Source of the DNA: Candidatus Multivorans sp.
GTDB taxonomy: Bacteria; Acidobacteriota; Thermoanaerobaculia; Multivoradales; Multivoraceae
NCBI GenBank assembly: GCA_965224025.1
Contig: OZ245033.1
Span: 4,640,001-4,704,000 of the forward strand
Direction of reading: 5' to 3'
Length of the DNA stretch: 64,000 nt
Each line of letters opens with the position of its first letter. Within the stretch, counting starts at the first letter, position 1. The translations under genes were made by a program, and so were the position numbers. Below are positions 13,388-22,728 of this stretch, piece after piece. The notes under the pieces were generated by a model. The model was given only the letters and a program-made list of their open reading frames with translations. It ran no database searches and was not told the origin of the DNA.

Positions 13388-15372
13388 GCAAGGAGAGGCA
13401 ACGCTCCCTGGGGGTCCCCGCCGCCTTCGTGACGGCGGCGTTCGCGGCCGCGCAGCCGCTTGCCAGCCAGCCCTCGGCAGGTCAAGAGAACCTGGAAACC
13501 GTCCCCAGGCCTCGGACTGACCAGTACGAACAGGTCGTGCGGGACCAGATGGCGGCGGCGCACGACAACGTGAGCCGCCTTCGGAGCGACCCGGAGGCAC
13601 AGCGTGCGGAGCTGGCCGCCGCGTTCGGCCTGCTCGGCCAGCTCTACCTCCTGTACGACTTCCCGGAGCCAGCACGAGCCGCCGTGCAGAACGCGGAGAC
13701 GCTAGATGGGGATGATCCCCGCTGGCCCTACTACCTCGCCGATCTCGCCGCAGCCCAGGGCGACCACGGAGCAGCTGCCACAGCTTTGAATCGTGTCCTC
13801 TCTCTCGATTCGCGCAACATGGCCGCACTCGTTCGCCGCGGCAACGCCCTGTTCGAGTTGGGCCGCTTCGACGATGCGGAGAAGGACTATGCAAGCGTCC
13901 TCGACCGCGTTCCGGGGCAATCCGCGGCACTCTACGGTCTCGGTCGGATCAGCTACGAGCGCGACGAGTTCGATCAGGCGATCGGGCACTTCGAGGCAGC
14001 GATCTCCAACCAACCGGAAGGTTCCGTCATTCACCACCACCTTGGCCTGGCGCTCCGGCGTCTCGGCCGGCGCGATGAGGCGATTGCTCATCTTCAGCAG
14101 AACGAGCACCGGACCGTGGCGTTCCCCGACCCGCTCCGTGACTTGGTGGACCAGCTCAATGCCAGTTCCGAAGCGCACTACTTTCGGGGCACCTCCGCGC
14201 TCCGGCGCGGCGATGCGCGGGCCGCGCTGGATTCCTTCCTCCTCGCGCTCGAGGTCAAGCCGGAGAGTGCCCGGAACGTGTTCAGCGCGGGCCTGGCCCA
14301 GATCGAACTCGGGAACAAGCAGGCTGCCGAGGCGCGGATGCGGCAAGCGCTCGTGCTCGACCCGAACTACCGCGAGCCGCACTTCAACCTAGCCTTGATC
14401 ATGGCGGAACGCAACGACTACCGGGCTGCCGAGCTGCACTTCAGGCGTGCGACAGAGATCGATCCCTCCGATTTCGAGGCGTCGGCGCGGCGCGCGGACG
14501 CCCTGACGCGCCTGGGGCGGGTCGAGGAAGCGATCGAGGTCGCGAAACAAGTGCTGGAAGCGGAGCCGGCGATGCCGGTCGCCCTGCTCACGCTGGGTAC
14601 CGCGTACCACGCAGCCGGCAAAACGGAGCAGGCCCTGGCGACACTGCAGCAGGTCCTCGCGGCCGCGCCCGGAGCACCCCGGGAACGAGCGGAGGCCCAC
14701 TACCGCCTCGCTCTCATCGCGGGCGACAGCCCCGACTTGGCCGACAAGGACGCCCCGACAGGGGAAATCGACAGCGCGAGCGGAGAAGACAACCTACTGG
14801 CCCACGTGCAAAGCGCGGTTGGACTCGACCCCGACCTTACCGAGGCGCGTGCTCTTCTGGGCCGGTTGCTCGCACAACGCGGCCAGTACGCGGAAGCCGC
14901 CGGTCACTTCGCCCGCGCGATCTCCCGCGATCCGGAAAATGGCGGCTGGCATCGCGACCGCGCCATGGCCTTGATCCTGGGCCGTCGCTACGCTGCCGCG
15001 CGGGGCGCGCTGACAAGCGGAGTCGGCGCACTGGAGCGCTCGAATCCCGCATCCTCGGAAACGGCGGTCGGCCATCTGCGGATCCTGCTTTCACGGCTCC
15101 TGTCCACGTGCCCCGATCCGCAGATCCGCGACGGCCGGCAAGCCTTGGCGATTGCCCAGCGACTCATGGCCGACCGCCCCTCCCTCGAACACGCGGAGAC
15201 GATGGCGATGGCCCTGGCCGAGACACGCGACTTCGAACAGGCCACGAACATCCAACGGCAGGTACTGGCCGAGGTGGAGCGCCGCGGCGGTACACCCTCA
15301 GCCGGCCAACGGCAAAGGCTGCGGACCTACCTCGACGGCAGGCCCGCGCGCGAACCGTGGTTCACTCCCTGA
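13384..15372 (+). CDS. TPR repeat protein, secreted
   Basis: Many TPR-like helical repeats; TTG start overlaps the upstream stop; C-terminal LLSTCPDPQIRDG motif. Confidence 0.85.
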   Translation: MSKERQRSLGVPAAFVTAAFAAAQPLASQPSAGQENLETVPRPRTDQYEQVVRDQMAAAHDNVSRLRSDPEAQRAELAAAFGLLGQLYLLYDFPEPARAAVQNAETLDGDDPRWPYYLADLAAAQGDHGAAATALNRVLSLDSRNMAALVRRGNALFELGRFDDAEKDYASVLDRVPGQSAALYGLGRISYERDEFDQAIGHFEAAISNQPEGSVIHHHLGLALRRLGRRDEAIAHLQQNEHRTVAFPDPLRDLVDQLNASSEAHYFRGTSALRRGDARAALDSFLLALEVKPESARNVFSAGLAQIELGNKQAAEARMRQALVLDPNYREPHFNLALIMAERNDYRAAELHFRRATEIDPSDFEASARRADALTRLGRVEEAIEVAKQVLEAEPAMPVALLTLGTAYHAAGKTEQALATLQQVLAAAPGAPRERAEAHYRLALIAGDSPDLADKDAPTGEIDSASGEDNLLAHVQSAVGLDPDLTEARALLGRLLAQRGQYAEAAGHFARAISRDPENGGWHRDRAMALILGRRYAAARGALTSGVGALERSNPASSETAVGHLRILLSRLLSTCPDPQIRDGRQALAIAQRLMADRPSLEHAETMAMALAETRDFEQATNIQRQVLAEVERRGGTPSAGQRQRLRTYLDGRPAREPWFTP

Positions 15373-17081
15373 CCGCCGTCCTGCTCGTGCTGGCGTTCGC
15401 CCCGCCCGCAGAGACGTCGCCCGATGGCGACAGCCTCCGCTTCATCGATGCGGCGGCGGAGTGGGGTGTCGACTTCCGGCACAACCACGGCGGTCGGGGC
15501 GACTTCTTCATGGTCGAGACGATGGGAAGCGGCGTCGTCGCCTTCGACTACGACGGCGACGGCGACGACGACCTGCTGTTTGTCGACAGCGGCCAACCCG
15601 AGCCCTACGGCGGAACTCCTGGGCGAACGACACTGCTGCGAAACGACCGCCTTGGGGAAGGCGGCAGGTTCCTGGACGTGACCGACGCCTCCGGCCTCCT
15701 GCTCGACAGCTACGGCATGGGCGCCGTCGCCGCCGACCTGGACGGCGACGGTGATGAGGACCTCTACCTCACGGCCTTCGGGCCGAACCGACTGCGGCTC
15801 AATCAGGGAGACGGCTCGTTTGGAGCCGCCCCAGCCGCGGATGCCGCCGCCGACCCCTCCTGGAGCGCCTCAGCGGCGTTTGGCGACCTCGATCTTGACG
15901 GCGACCTCGACCTCTATGTGGCGAACTACGTCGACTTCCACTACGACAACAACAAGATCTGCGGAGAGCCGCCGGGTGGGCGCCGTTCCTATTGCCACCC
16001 CGATGTCTACAACGGTCTTGAGGACCGCCTCTACCGCAATGACGGCGGCCACGGAAGCGTCGCCTTCGTCGACGCGACGGCTGATGCGGACCTCGCGGAT
16101 ATCGCCCGGGGCGCTGGTCTGGGGGTCGCGATCCTGGACCTGGACGGTGACCAGAGGCCCGACATCTACGTCGCGAACGACATGGACCCGAATCTCCATC
16201 TGATCAACCGTGGAGGGTCCGCGCTTCGCTTCGAGGACCAGGCGCTCCTGGCCGGCACCGCCACGTCCGATCGCGGCCAGGCCGAAGCCGGCATGGGAGT
16301 GGCGATTGGCGATATCGACGGCAACGGCTTCGATGATCTGATCATCACCCATCTCGACCGGCAGACCAACGCGCTGTACGCCAACCGTGGCGACGGTCTG
16401 TACCTCGATCGCCGGTACGCCGCCGGCATCGCCGAACCCTCCCTGCCCTGGGTCGGTTTCGGCGTCGCGCTGGCCGACTTCGACCTCGACGGCGACCTCG
16501 ATCTGGCGGTCGCGAACGGCCATGTCAGCCACAACTTCGACCGGGGCGCGACTCCCGGCGACGGCCTGACGCAACCCAACCAGCTCTTCGAAAACCGCGG
16601 CGGGCACTTCTCCCAGGTCCAGAACAGCGGCGTGTCCGGCGTGCGGACCAGCCGCGGCCTTGTCACCGCAGACTTCGACCTGGACGGCGATCTCGACATC
16701 GTGATCTCGAACTGCGACGGCCCCGCCGAGGTCTACAGGAACGAGACCACACCGCGCGGCAACGGACTGCAGGTCGACCTGGTCGACCGCGAATCGCCGA
16801 ACCGGCGCGCGATCGGCGGCGTCCTCGAACTGCGAACCTCGGGCACCGTCCAGCGGCGGGTCGTACGAACCGGTTCTTCCTACCTTTCGCAGAATTCCCT
16901 AACCCAAACCTTCGCTTTGCCGGAACTTGGCGACGGCGCGGGTGAAGGCGGCAAGTCCACTCCCGCCGTATCGACCGAGAGGCAAATCGCCGGCCCGCAA
17001 CTCGACGTGCGTTGGCCGGGGGGTGGACGTGTACGCCTCTTGGGCCTGTCCGGGGCCCGGCAGCTCCGGCTGGTTCGCTAG
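15357..17081 (+). CDS. CRTAC1-family FG-GAP / ASPIC-UnbV protein
   Basis: ETMGSGV, DYDGDGDDDL repeats, EAGMGVAIGD, GSSYLSQ, VRWPGG; GTG start overlapping the upstream gene. Confidence 0.9.
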   Translation: MVHSLTAVLLVLAFAPPAETSPDGDSLRFIDAAAEWGVDFRHNHGGRGDFFMVETMGSGVVAFDYDGDGDDDLLFVDSGQPEPYGGTPGRTTLLRNDRLGEGGRFLDVTDASGLLLDSYGMGAVAADLDGDGDEDLYLTAFGPNRLRLNQGDGSFGAAPAADAAADPSWSASAAFGDLDLDGDLDLYVANYVDFHYDNNKICGEPPGGRRSYCHPDVYNGLEDRLYRNDGGHGSVAFVDATADADLADIARGAGLGVAILDLDGDQRPDIYVANDMDPNLHLINRGGSALRFEDQALLAGTATSDRGQAEAGMGVAIGDIDGNGFDDLIITHLDRQTNALYANRGDGLYLDRRYAAGIAEPSLPWVGFGVALADFDLDGDLDLAVANGHVSHNFDRGATPGDGLTQPNQLFENRGGHFSQVQNSGVSGVRTSRGLVTADFDLDGDLDIVISNCDGPAEVYRNETTPRGNGLQVDLVDRESPNRRAIGGVLELRTSGTVQRRVVRTGSSYLSQNSLTQTFALPELGDGAGEGGKSTPAVSTERQIAGPQLDVRWPGGGRVRLLGLSGARQLRLVR

Positions 17082-17109
17082 CTCCTGCGGCGCTAGCATG
17101 CTGGCCACG

Positions 17110-19299
17110 ATGAACCGCCGCGCACGAACCGACTCGCACCGTCGAACCGCAATCCTGGCCTTACTGCTGGCCCTGCTGTTAGCACCGGAGGCGCCCGGCG
17201 CCCAGGACCTTCCCCAGCCCCTGGAGGACGCGATGGGCCGAGCCCAGAGCGGCGACCTCCTCGGCGCCATCGAGATCCTGGAGGCATTCCGTGCCGGCGG
17301 CGACGCGCCCGACGCCGCCTTCGCCGCTCTCGGCGCCCTTTACCTCGAAGCGAGAAACCCGCGGAGGGCGATCGAGGTGCTCCTGCCGCTTTCCCGGCGA
17401 CCGCGGCCCGATCCGGCCGTCCTCTTCAACACCGGCCGAGCGGCCGAAGCGCTGGGGCGTTTCACGGATGCGGTCGCCTTCTACCGGCGCTCCGTCACGA
17501 TCGACGACTTCTCGCCCGCCGTGCGCGCACTCGGCATGCTGCTCGGACGGCTCGGACGTCCCGAGGACTCGTACGAGTTCCTCAAGACCTGGCTCGAAGC
17601 GAACTCAAACGATTACACCGCCCGGATCGCGGCGGCAGCGGGCGCCGTGGACCTCGGGCTAGTGGACGAAGCGGCGTCGCTGATCGAGGGCCTGCCGCGC
17701 TACGCCCCCGCGATCCGACTGCTCCACGGACAGATCCTCCTTCGGCGCGACGATCCGTGGGGAGCTCTCGGCCAACTCCAACCTCTGGCCGAAGAGCCTC
17801 CGCCGGCTCTCGAACTCGACGTCCGGCGCAGCCTCGCCGACATCTGGCTGCAGGTCGGCGACCCCGACGCCGCGATCGGGCAGATGGAGTTGATCCCACC
17901 CGGCGCTCCCTCGGACACCCTCCAACTGGCAAGCGCCTACTTCCAGGCCGGCCGAACCGGGGACGCAATCGAAGCCCTGGCGCCACTGGCGGAGCCGCTG
18001 GTAGGCAGCCAACCACCGGACGATCCCGGATCGCTGGCGCTGAACGTGCTCATCGACTACGGCCGCTACCTGCAGTCGGCGGGCGACATCCGCCGGGCTC
18101 TGCCCTTCCTGCAACTTGCCACTGAGATCGGTCCGGACTTTCCCGAGGCGTTCGAGGCGCTCGCTGACGGCCTCGAAGCCGGCGGTCGGCCAGCCGAGGC
18201 GACCGCGGCCCGGGAGCGCTACGAAACGCTGACCGCCGCGCCGCAACCGAGCGTCACTCCCTTCGAACTCGCGGTCCGCCCCAACGATCCGGTCGCTCGA
18301 GGGATCCGCGAGGCACTGGAGCTGGCGTTCTCGGGCGAAGCCGACGCGGCTCTCGAACGGCTCGCCCGGCAGATCGTCCAGGCACCCGGCGATCCACGGC
18401 CCGCCTACGTCAGGTCATCGATCCTGCTTCAGAGTGGCCGCGCGGAAGAAGCTCTCGAAGCAGCCGACCGGGCCCTCGGGATCGCCCCCGGACGCGCCGA
18501 CGGCCTGTACCAGCGGGCGGTGGTCCTGATGGCGCTGCAACGTTTCGCGGAAGCCGAGGACATGTTTCGCGACGCCCTCGAAGTTGCTCCGGAACACCCG
18601 GCCGTGCTTTCGGACTACGCCGTGCTGCTGATCGGCACGGCGCGAAGCGACGAAGCCGCCGACCTGCTCACGCGGTTGGTCGAACAGAGGCCGAACGACT
18701 CACGCGTTCTCGCCATGTTTGGGCGTTCCCTTCTTGACGCCCGAAGATTCCAGGAGGCCGAAGAGCCGCTGCGACGGGCCGCCGGCCTCGATCCCCAGAA
18801 CGCCGCGATCCTCCTCGACCTCGCTTCAGCCCTCTGGGAAGAGAACCGGCCGGCAGAAGCGGAGCAGTGGGCCCGCGAAGCCACGGCGCTAGCGCCCGAC
18901 GCCTCGGCTGGACATAGACTGCTGGGAGCGCTTCTCCTCTGGCGAGGCGACTACCTGGAGGCCGCAGCATCTCTCGAGCAGGCCAGTACGAGGGAGAGGG
19001 AGGATCCCGAGCTGGCGCTCGAACTCGCCCGCGCCTGGGAGGGCGCCGCCGACCAGACCGAGGATGCCGCTGAAGAGCAGGCCCGCCTGAAGCGAGCCGA
19101 GACCGCTTACCGCCAAGCGGCGGCGTGGGCGCCCGAGCACGCGGAGGTCGCCTACGGTCTGGCCCAGGTTCTGCGCCGGCTCGGCCAGGACCAGGAGGCT
19201 TCCGCCCAGATGGACCGCTACCGTGAACTCTACGAGCAGGATCAGCGCCAAACCCGCGAACAGGGCCTCGGAGCCTCCGAGCCCGACGCCCACGAGTAG
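17110..19299 (+). CDS. TPR repeat protein, secreted
   Basis: Signal peptide (RTAILALLLALLLA...AQ) followed by numerous TPR repeats. Confidence 0.85.
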   Translation: MNRRARTDSHRRTAILALLLALLLAPEAPGAQDLPQPLEDAMGRAQSGDLLGAIEILEAFRAGGDAPDAAFAALGALYLEARNPRRAIEVLLPLSRRPRPDPAVLFNTGRAAEALGRFTDAVAFYRRSVTIDDFSPAVRALGMLLGRLGRPEDSYEFLKTWLEANSNDYTARIAAAAGAVDLGLVDEAASLIEGLPRYAPAIRLLHGQILLRRDDPWGALGQLQPLAEEPPPALELDVRRSLADIWLQVGDPDAAIGQMELIPPGAPSDTLQLASAYFQAGRTGDAIEALAPLAEPLVGSQPPDDPGSLALNVLIDYGRYLQSAGDIRRALPFLQLATEIGPDFPEAFEALADGLEAGGRPAEATAARERYETLTAAPQPSVTPFELAVRPNDPVARGIREALELAFSGEADAALERLARQIVQAPGDPRPAYVRSSILLQSGRAEEALEAADRALGIAPGRADGLYQRAVVLMALQRFAEAEDMFRDALEVAPEHPAVLSDYAVLLIGTARSDEAADLLTRLVEQRPNDSRVLAMFGRSLLDARRFQEAEEPLRRAAGLDPQNAAILLDLASALWEENRPAEAEQWAREATALAPDASAGHRLLGALLLWRGDYLEAAASLEQASTREREDPELALELARAWEGAADQTEDAAEEQARLKRAETAYRQAAAWAPEHAEVAYGLAQVLRRLGQDQEASAQMDRYRELYEQDQRQTREQGLGASEPDAHE

Positions 19300-19305
19300 A
19301 CACGA

Positions 19306-21495
19306 CTAGAGGCTGCGCAGCAGGGACCGTGCCGTCGCGACGTCGGCGTTGTACCGACCGCGGAGACTCGGAGTGGACGCCTCCCGCACGAACCGTTCCA
19401 GCGCCTGTCTGGCCAGTTCAGATCGACCCGAGCGAGCCGCGACGCTGCCCAGGTTGTAGAGCACGTCGAGATCTCGCGGCTTGAGTTCGACCGCGCGCCG
19501 CCATGCGTCGATCGCCTCGTCGACCCGACGCTGGTTGAACAGGGAGAGCCCCAGGTAGTTCCACGAGAGTGGAAGCTCCGGGTTCAGCGCCAACGCCAGA
19601 CGCGACTCTTCCTCGCACAGATGCCAATCGCGGGCGTGGATGGCAGCCAGAGCCAGGTTCTGACGCGCCAGCGGATTGCGTTCATCCACCTCGATCGACC
19701 GCAGCAGGACCTCACGCGCGCGTTCCGGCGCCCCCGCTTCGGCAAGGACAAGTCCAAGGACGTTCAGGGTGTCCGGATCCCTCGAATCGGAATGCTGCTC
19801 CATCAGCCGCACTGCTTCGGCGGCACGGCCGACTTCGGCAAGCGTGAGCGCCAACTGCCGCAGCAGCGAAACCGGCGCCACGAGCTCGCGTTGCGCTCGA
19901 ATCATCACGGCCAACGCCTCGTCCACCTTTGCTCGCTCGAGCAGAACCTGAGCCAGGTTCGAGTAACCGATGGCCATCTGCGGCCGGCGCGACACGACGT
20001 TTCTGGCGAGCTGCTCCGCGCGCTCCAGCTCTCCTCCCTGGTAGGCCTCCGAGAAGGCCTGAATCAACGAATCGAGTTCCACCAGCGCCTTCGGATCGTC
20101 CTCCTGGTCGTAGTGGTTCGATCCCGGGCCACTGCCCGCCCCACTCAGGTACCCCAGACTTCGGAGCGCCCGGCGTTCCTCCTCACTCACGGCACCCGCC
20201 GCGGGCGGCCACTCCGATTCGGTGGGCAGCAGGGACGCGAGTTCCGTCGTGACACTGTCCTCGGCGTGCAGGTTGTGTGCCTCGGCCGGGTCGGCCAACA
20301 GGTCGTATCGCTCCGGGATCGGCAGCGCGATGTACTTCAGGAGCCTCGTGCCGCTCCCGATTGGTCCACATTCGGGCCCTTCCAGCGGGTAGGGGGCGAT
20401 CACGCCGCGAAGCGGGGCCCAGCCCCGCTGAAGGTTCGTATGCAGCGCCTCGAAGTAGACGGAACCTGGACCTCGCAGGGCGCTCGTCTCCCCAGCGCCG
20501 GACGGGGACCGCCAGAGGCTTTGGCCTGCCAGATCCGGCACCAGGTGCAGTTCAACACCTGCCGCCTCCAGCATCGTCGGCAGGACATCGACATGACGAA
20601 CCGGCGCACCGATCCGGGATGGAGTCAGGCGCTCGGCCCAAAGGACCAGGGGCACCGCCAGCGTTGCTTCGTAGGCGAACAGGCCATGCGTCCTCTCGCC
20701 GTGGTCGCCAAGTGCCTCGCCGTGATCCGAAGTCACCACGACCAGGACTTCAGCTCGGACGTCATCCGGCGCGACGGCCTGGAGCAGGCGCCCGACGTAC
20801 TCGTCGGCAGCGGCGACCTCGCCCAGGTAGGGCTGCCCGGCAAACCGCGCCGCGAAAGGCGCCGGCGGTTCGTAGGGCGTGTGCGGCTCGTACAGATGCA
20901 CCCAGAGAAAGCGCGGTTCGCCTTCATGCCGCCGCCACCAACCGGCAGCGCCGTCCACCACCTCGGCGCCGCTTCGTTCGGCAACCGAGAAACCGCTCGT
21001 CGAACCCTCCGGATAGGAATCGTCGTAGATCTCGAAACCCCGGTCGAGTCCGTAGCGCGCATCCAAAGGGAATGCGGCCACGAAGGCGGCGGTGCGGAAC
21101 CCGGCCGCCGCAAACGCCTCGGCGACGGTGGGAGTATCCGGCGGCAGAACGAAGCCGGCATTATCCCGGACGCCGTGCTCGTAGGGCAAGCGGCCAGTCA
21201 ACAGGTTGGCGTGCGACGGCAGGGTCATCACACTGTGACCATAAGCACGGTCGAAGACCCAACCGGTCGCGGCAAGCCGGTCGAGGTGCGGGGTCCGGGC
21301 ATCCGCGTTGCCGGCGAACCCCAAGGCATCGGCGCGTAGCGTGTCGATCGTGACCAGCACGACATCCCGCACGAAGCCAAGTTCCGGCGCCTCGGGCCAG
21401 GCAACCGCTTCCGTACCGGTTGCCGACTCGACCACGCCAGGTGTGGGCCGACAGGTGGCCAGAGAGAGAGCGGCCAGCAAGATGGCGGCTGCCAC
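19306..21495 (-). CDS. Sulfatase-fold (alkaline phosphatase superfamily) hydrolase/transferase fused to C-terminal TPRs; probable lipoprotein
   Basis: LVTIDTLRAD, TLPSH, LYEPHTPY, SDHGE, LRSLGYL linker, TPRs; lipobox-like LATC. Confidence 0.88.
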   Translation of the reverse strand: MAAAILLAALSLATCRPTPGVVESATGTEAVAWPEAPELGFVRDVVLVTIDTLRADALGFAGNADARTPHLDRLAATGWVFDRAYGHSVMTLPSHANLLTGRLPYEHGVRDNAGFVLPPDTPTVAEAFAAAGFRTAAFVAAFPLDARYGLDRGFEIYDDSYPEGSTSGFSVAERSGAEVVDGAAGWWRRHEGEPRFLWVHLYEPHTPYEPPAPFAARFAGQPYLGEVAAADEYVGRLLQAVAPDDVRAEVLVVVTSDHGEALGDHGERTHGLFAYEATLAVPLVLWAERLTPSRIGAPVRHVDVLPTMLEAAGVELHLVPDLAGQSLWRSPSGAGETSALRGPGSVYFEALHTNLQRGWAPLRGVIAPYPLEGPECGPIGSGTRLLKYIALPIPERYDLLADPAEAHNLHAEDSVTTELASLLPTESEWPPAAGAVSEEERRALRSLGYLSGAGSGPGSNHYDQEDDPKALVELDSLIQAFSEAYQGGELERAEQLARNVVSRRPQMAIGYSNLAQVLLERAKVDEALAVMIRAQRELVAPVSLLRQLALTLAEVGRAAEAVRLMEQHSDSRDPDTLNVLGLVLAEAGAPERAREVLLRSIEVDERNPLARQNLALAAIHARDWHLCEEESRLALALNPELPLSWNYLGLSLFNQRRVDEAIDAWRRAVELKPRDLDVLYNLGSVAARSGRSELARQALERFVREASTPSLRGRYNADVATARSLLRSL

Positions 21496-21572
21496 CGCCC
21501 CGGGGCTCGCCCTGGAGACGAGGGCAGCGATCCCGCGTTCGCGGGAGGGAGCCGAGAAGGTCGCTCCGGTTG

Positions 21573-22550
21573 TCAGAGCGATTCCAGATACTCCGCGAAC
21601 TGCTTCGCCTCATCGGCCTTCTCGCCCTCCGGCTCGAGTTCGAGCAGCCGGCGGAAGTCGGCTGCCGCCGCCGCGTTCTCGCCCGCGGCCATGTTCGCCA
21701 ACCCCCGGAAGTAGTAGGCTTCGGCCCAATCCGGTTTGGACTCGATGACCGCGTCGAACCTGCCGAGCGCACCCTTGAAGTCGTTCTGGTTGTACAGGTC
21801 GACTCCCTCACGGAGCAGAATCTCGGGGTCCGCGCGCAGCTCTTCCGGCAAACGCCGCAGGTATTGCCGCGCCTCGTCGTTGCGACCCAGCGCGGCCAAA
21901 CGCCGACTCATCAACTGAAGGGCGTCCACGTTGGTCGGCGCATAGCCAAGCGCCTTCTCCAGACTGGCCAGTGCCTCGTCCTCCCGATCCAGTTGTATCT
22001 GCGCTTGAGCGATCGCGACCAGTACCGCCGCCTTGCCGCCGTCGCCCAATGACGGCAACGCTTCGTTGAAGAGCGCCATGGCGCCTTCGAAGTCCCCTGA
22101 CAGCAGCAGGTCGTTGCCGCGCTCCAACGACTCGCGTGCGGCCTGGCCCGACTCGCCTTCGTCCAGGGCTGCCGCCGATCCGTCGGTCACCTCCTGGCCC
22201 CCAGGCTCAAGAGCCGTCTTGACGAACGGTCTCTCAGCGGCCGTCGCGTATTCGTTGAGTCGTACCGTGTGCTGACTGGGGATGTACCCCGGCTTCGTCA
22301 CGAAGACTTCCCAACTGCCGCCCGCCAGGCCGGCCCGCGCCCACCGGCCCTTCTTGTTCGTCAGAACTTCCTCCGCGGGTCCGACACCGTCGAGGGTCAA
22401 CTTGACGCTCGCCCCTTCGACCGGATTGCCTTCCAGATCGGCCACGCCACCGCTGAGTCGACCCCGGCCCACCCAGGCCTGGGCCGAAACCGCCGAGGTC
22501 AAAAGGATGCCGGCCAAGACCGCCACGGCAACACGGGTTCGATAGGTCAT
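21573..22550 (-). CDS. Carboxypeptidase-regulatory-like domain + TPR protein, secreted
   Basis: AGGAGG RBS at 22555-22560; signal peptide; GRLSGGVADLEGNPVEGASV...GYIP prealbumin-like domain; C-terminal TPRs. Confidence 0.85.
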   Translation of the reverse strand: MTYRTRVAVAVLAGILLTSAVSAQAWVGRGRLSGGVADLEGNPVEGASVKLTLDGVGPAEEVLTNKKGRWARAGLAGGSWEVFVTKPGYIPSQHTVRLNEYATAAERPFVKTALEPGGQEVTDGSAAALDEGESGQAARESLERGNDLLLSGDFEGAMALFNEALPSLGDGGKAAVLVAIAQAQIQLDREDEALASLEKALGYAPTNVDALQLMSRRLAALGRNDEARQYLRRLPEELRADPEILLREGVDLYNQNDFKGALGRFDAVIESKPDWAEAYYFRGLANMAAGENAAAAADFRRLLELEPEGEKADEAKQFAEYLESL

Positions 22551-22646
22551 GAGTCCTCCTCGTTCTCCGAAACGCCGATCTCCTTGCACATGCTACTACC
22601 GCCCTCCGGGGCGCCGACACCCAATCCACTCTCCTTCGGCCACGAA

Positions 22647-22676
22647 GAAGGGCCGGGGATTCTTCCCCGGCCCTTC
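22647..22676 (-). terminator. Strong hairpin downstream of the TonB-dependent receptor gene (terminator or mRNA stabiliser)
   Basis: Perfect 13-bp stem GAAGGGCCGGGGA / TCCCCGGCCCTTC with a 4-nt loop; only a weak U-tract on the minus strand. Confidence 0.7.
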
Positions 22677-22728
22677 GTTCCGTCGGCTCAGTGGCCGGAC
22701 AACCGGCCGCTAGCCGTCTGTTCCGGAC

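Noticed and set aside
11700-16700. Recurrent GACxxCGACGGCGAC-type DNA repeats
   Set aside because: Codon-level reflection of FG-GAP DxDxDG motifs; no constant repeat-spacer structure, so not CRISPR.
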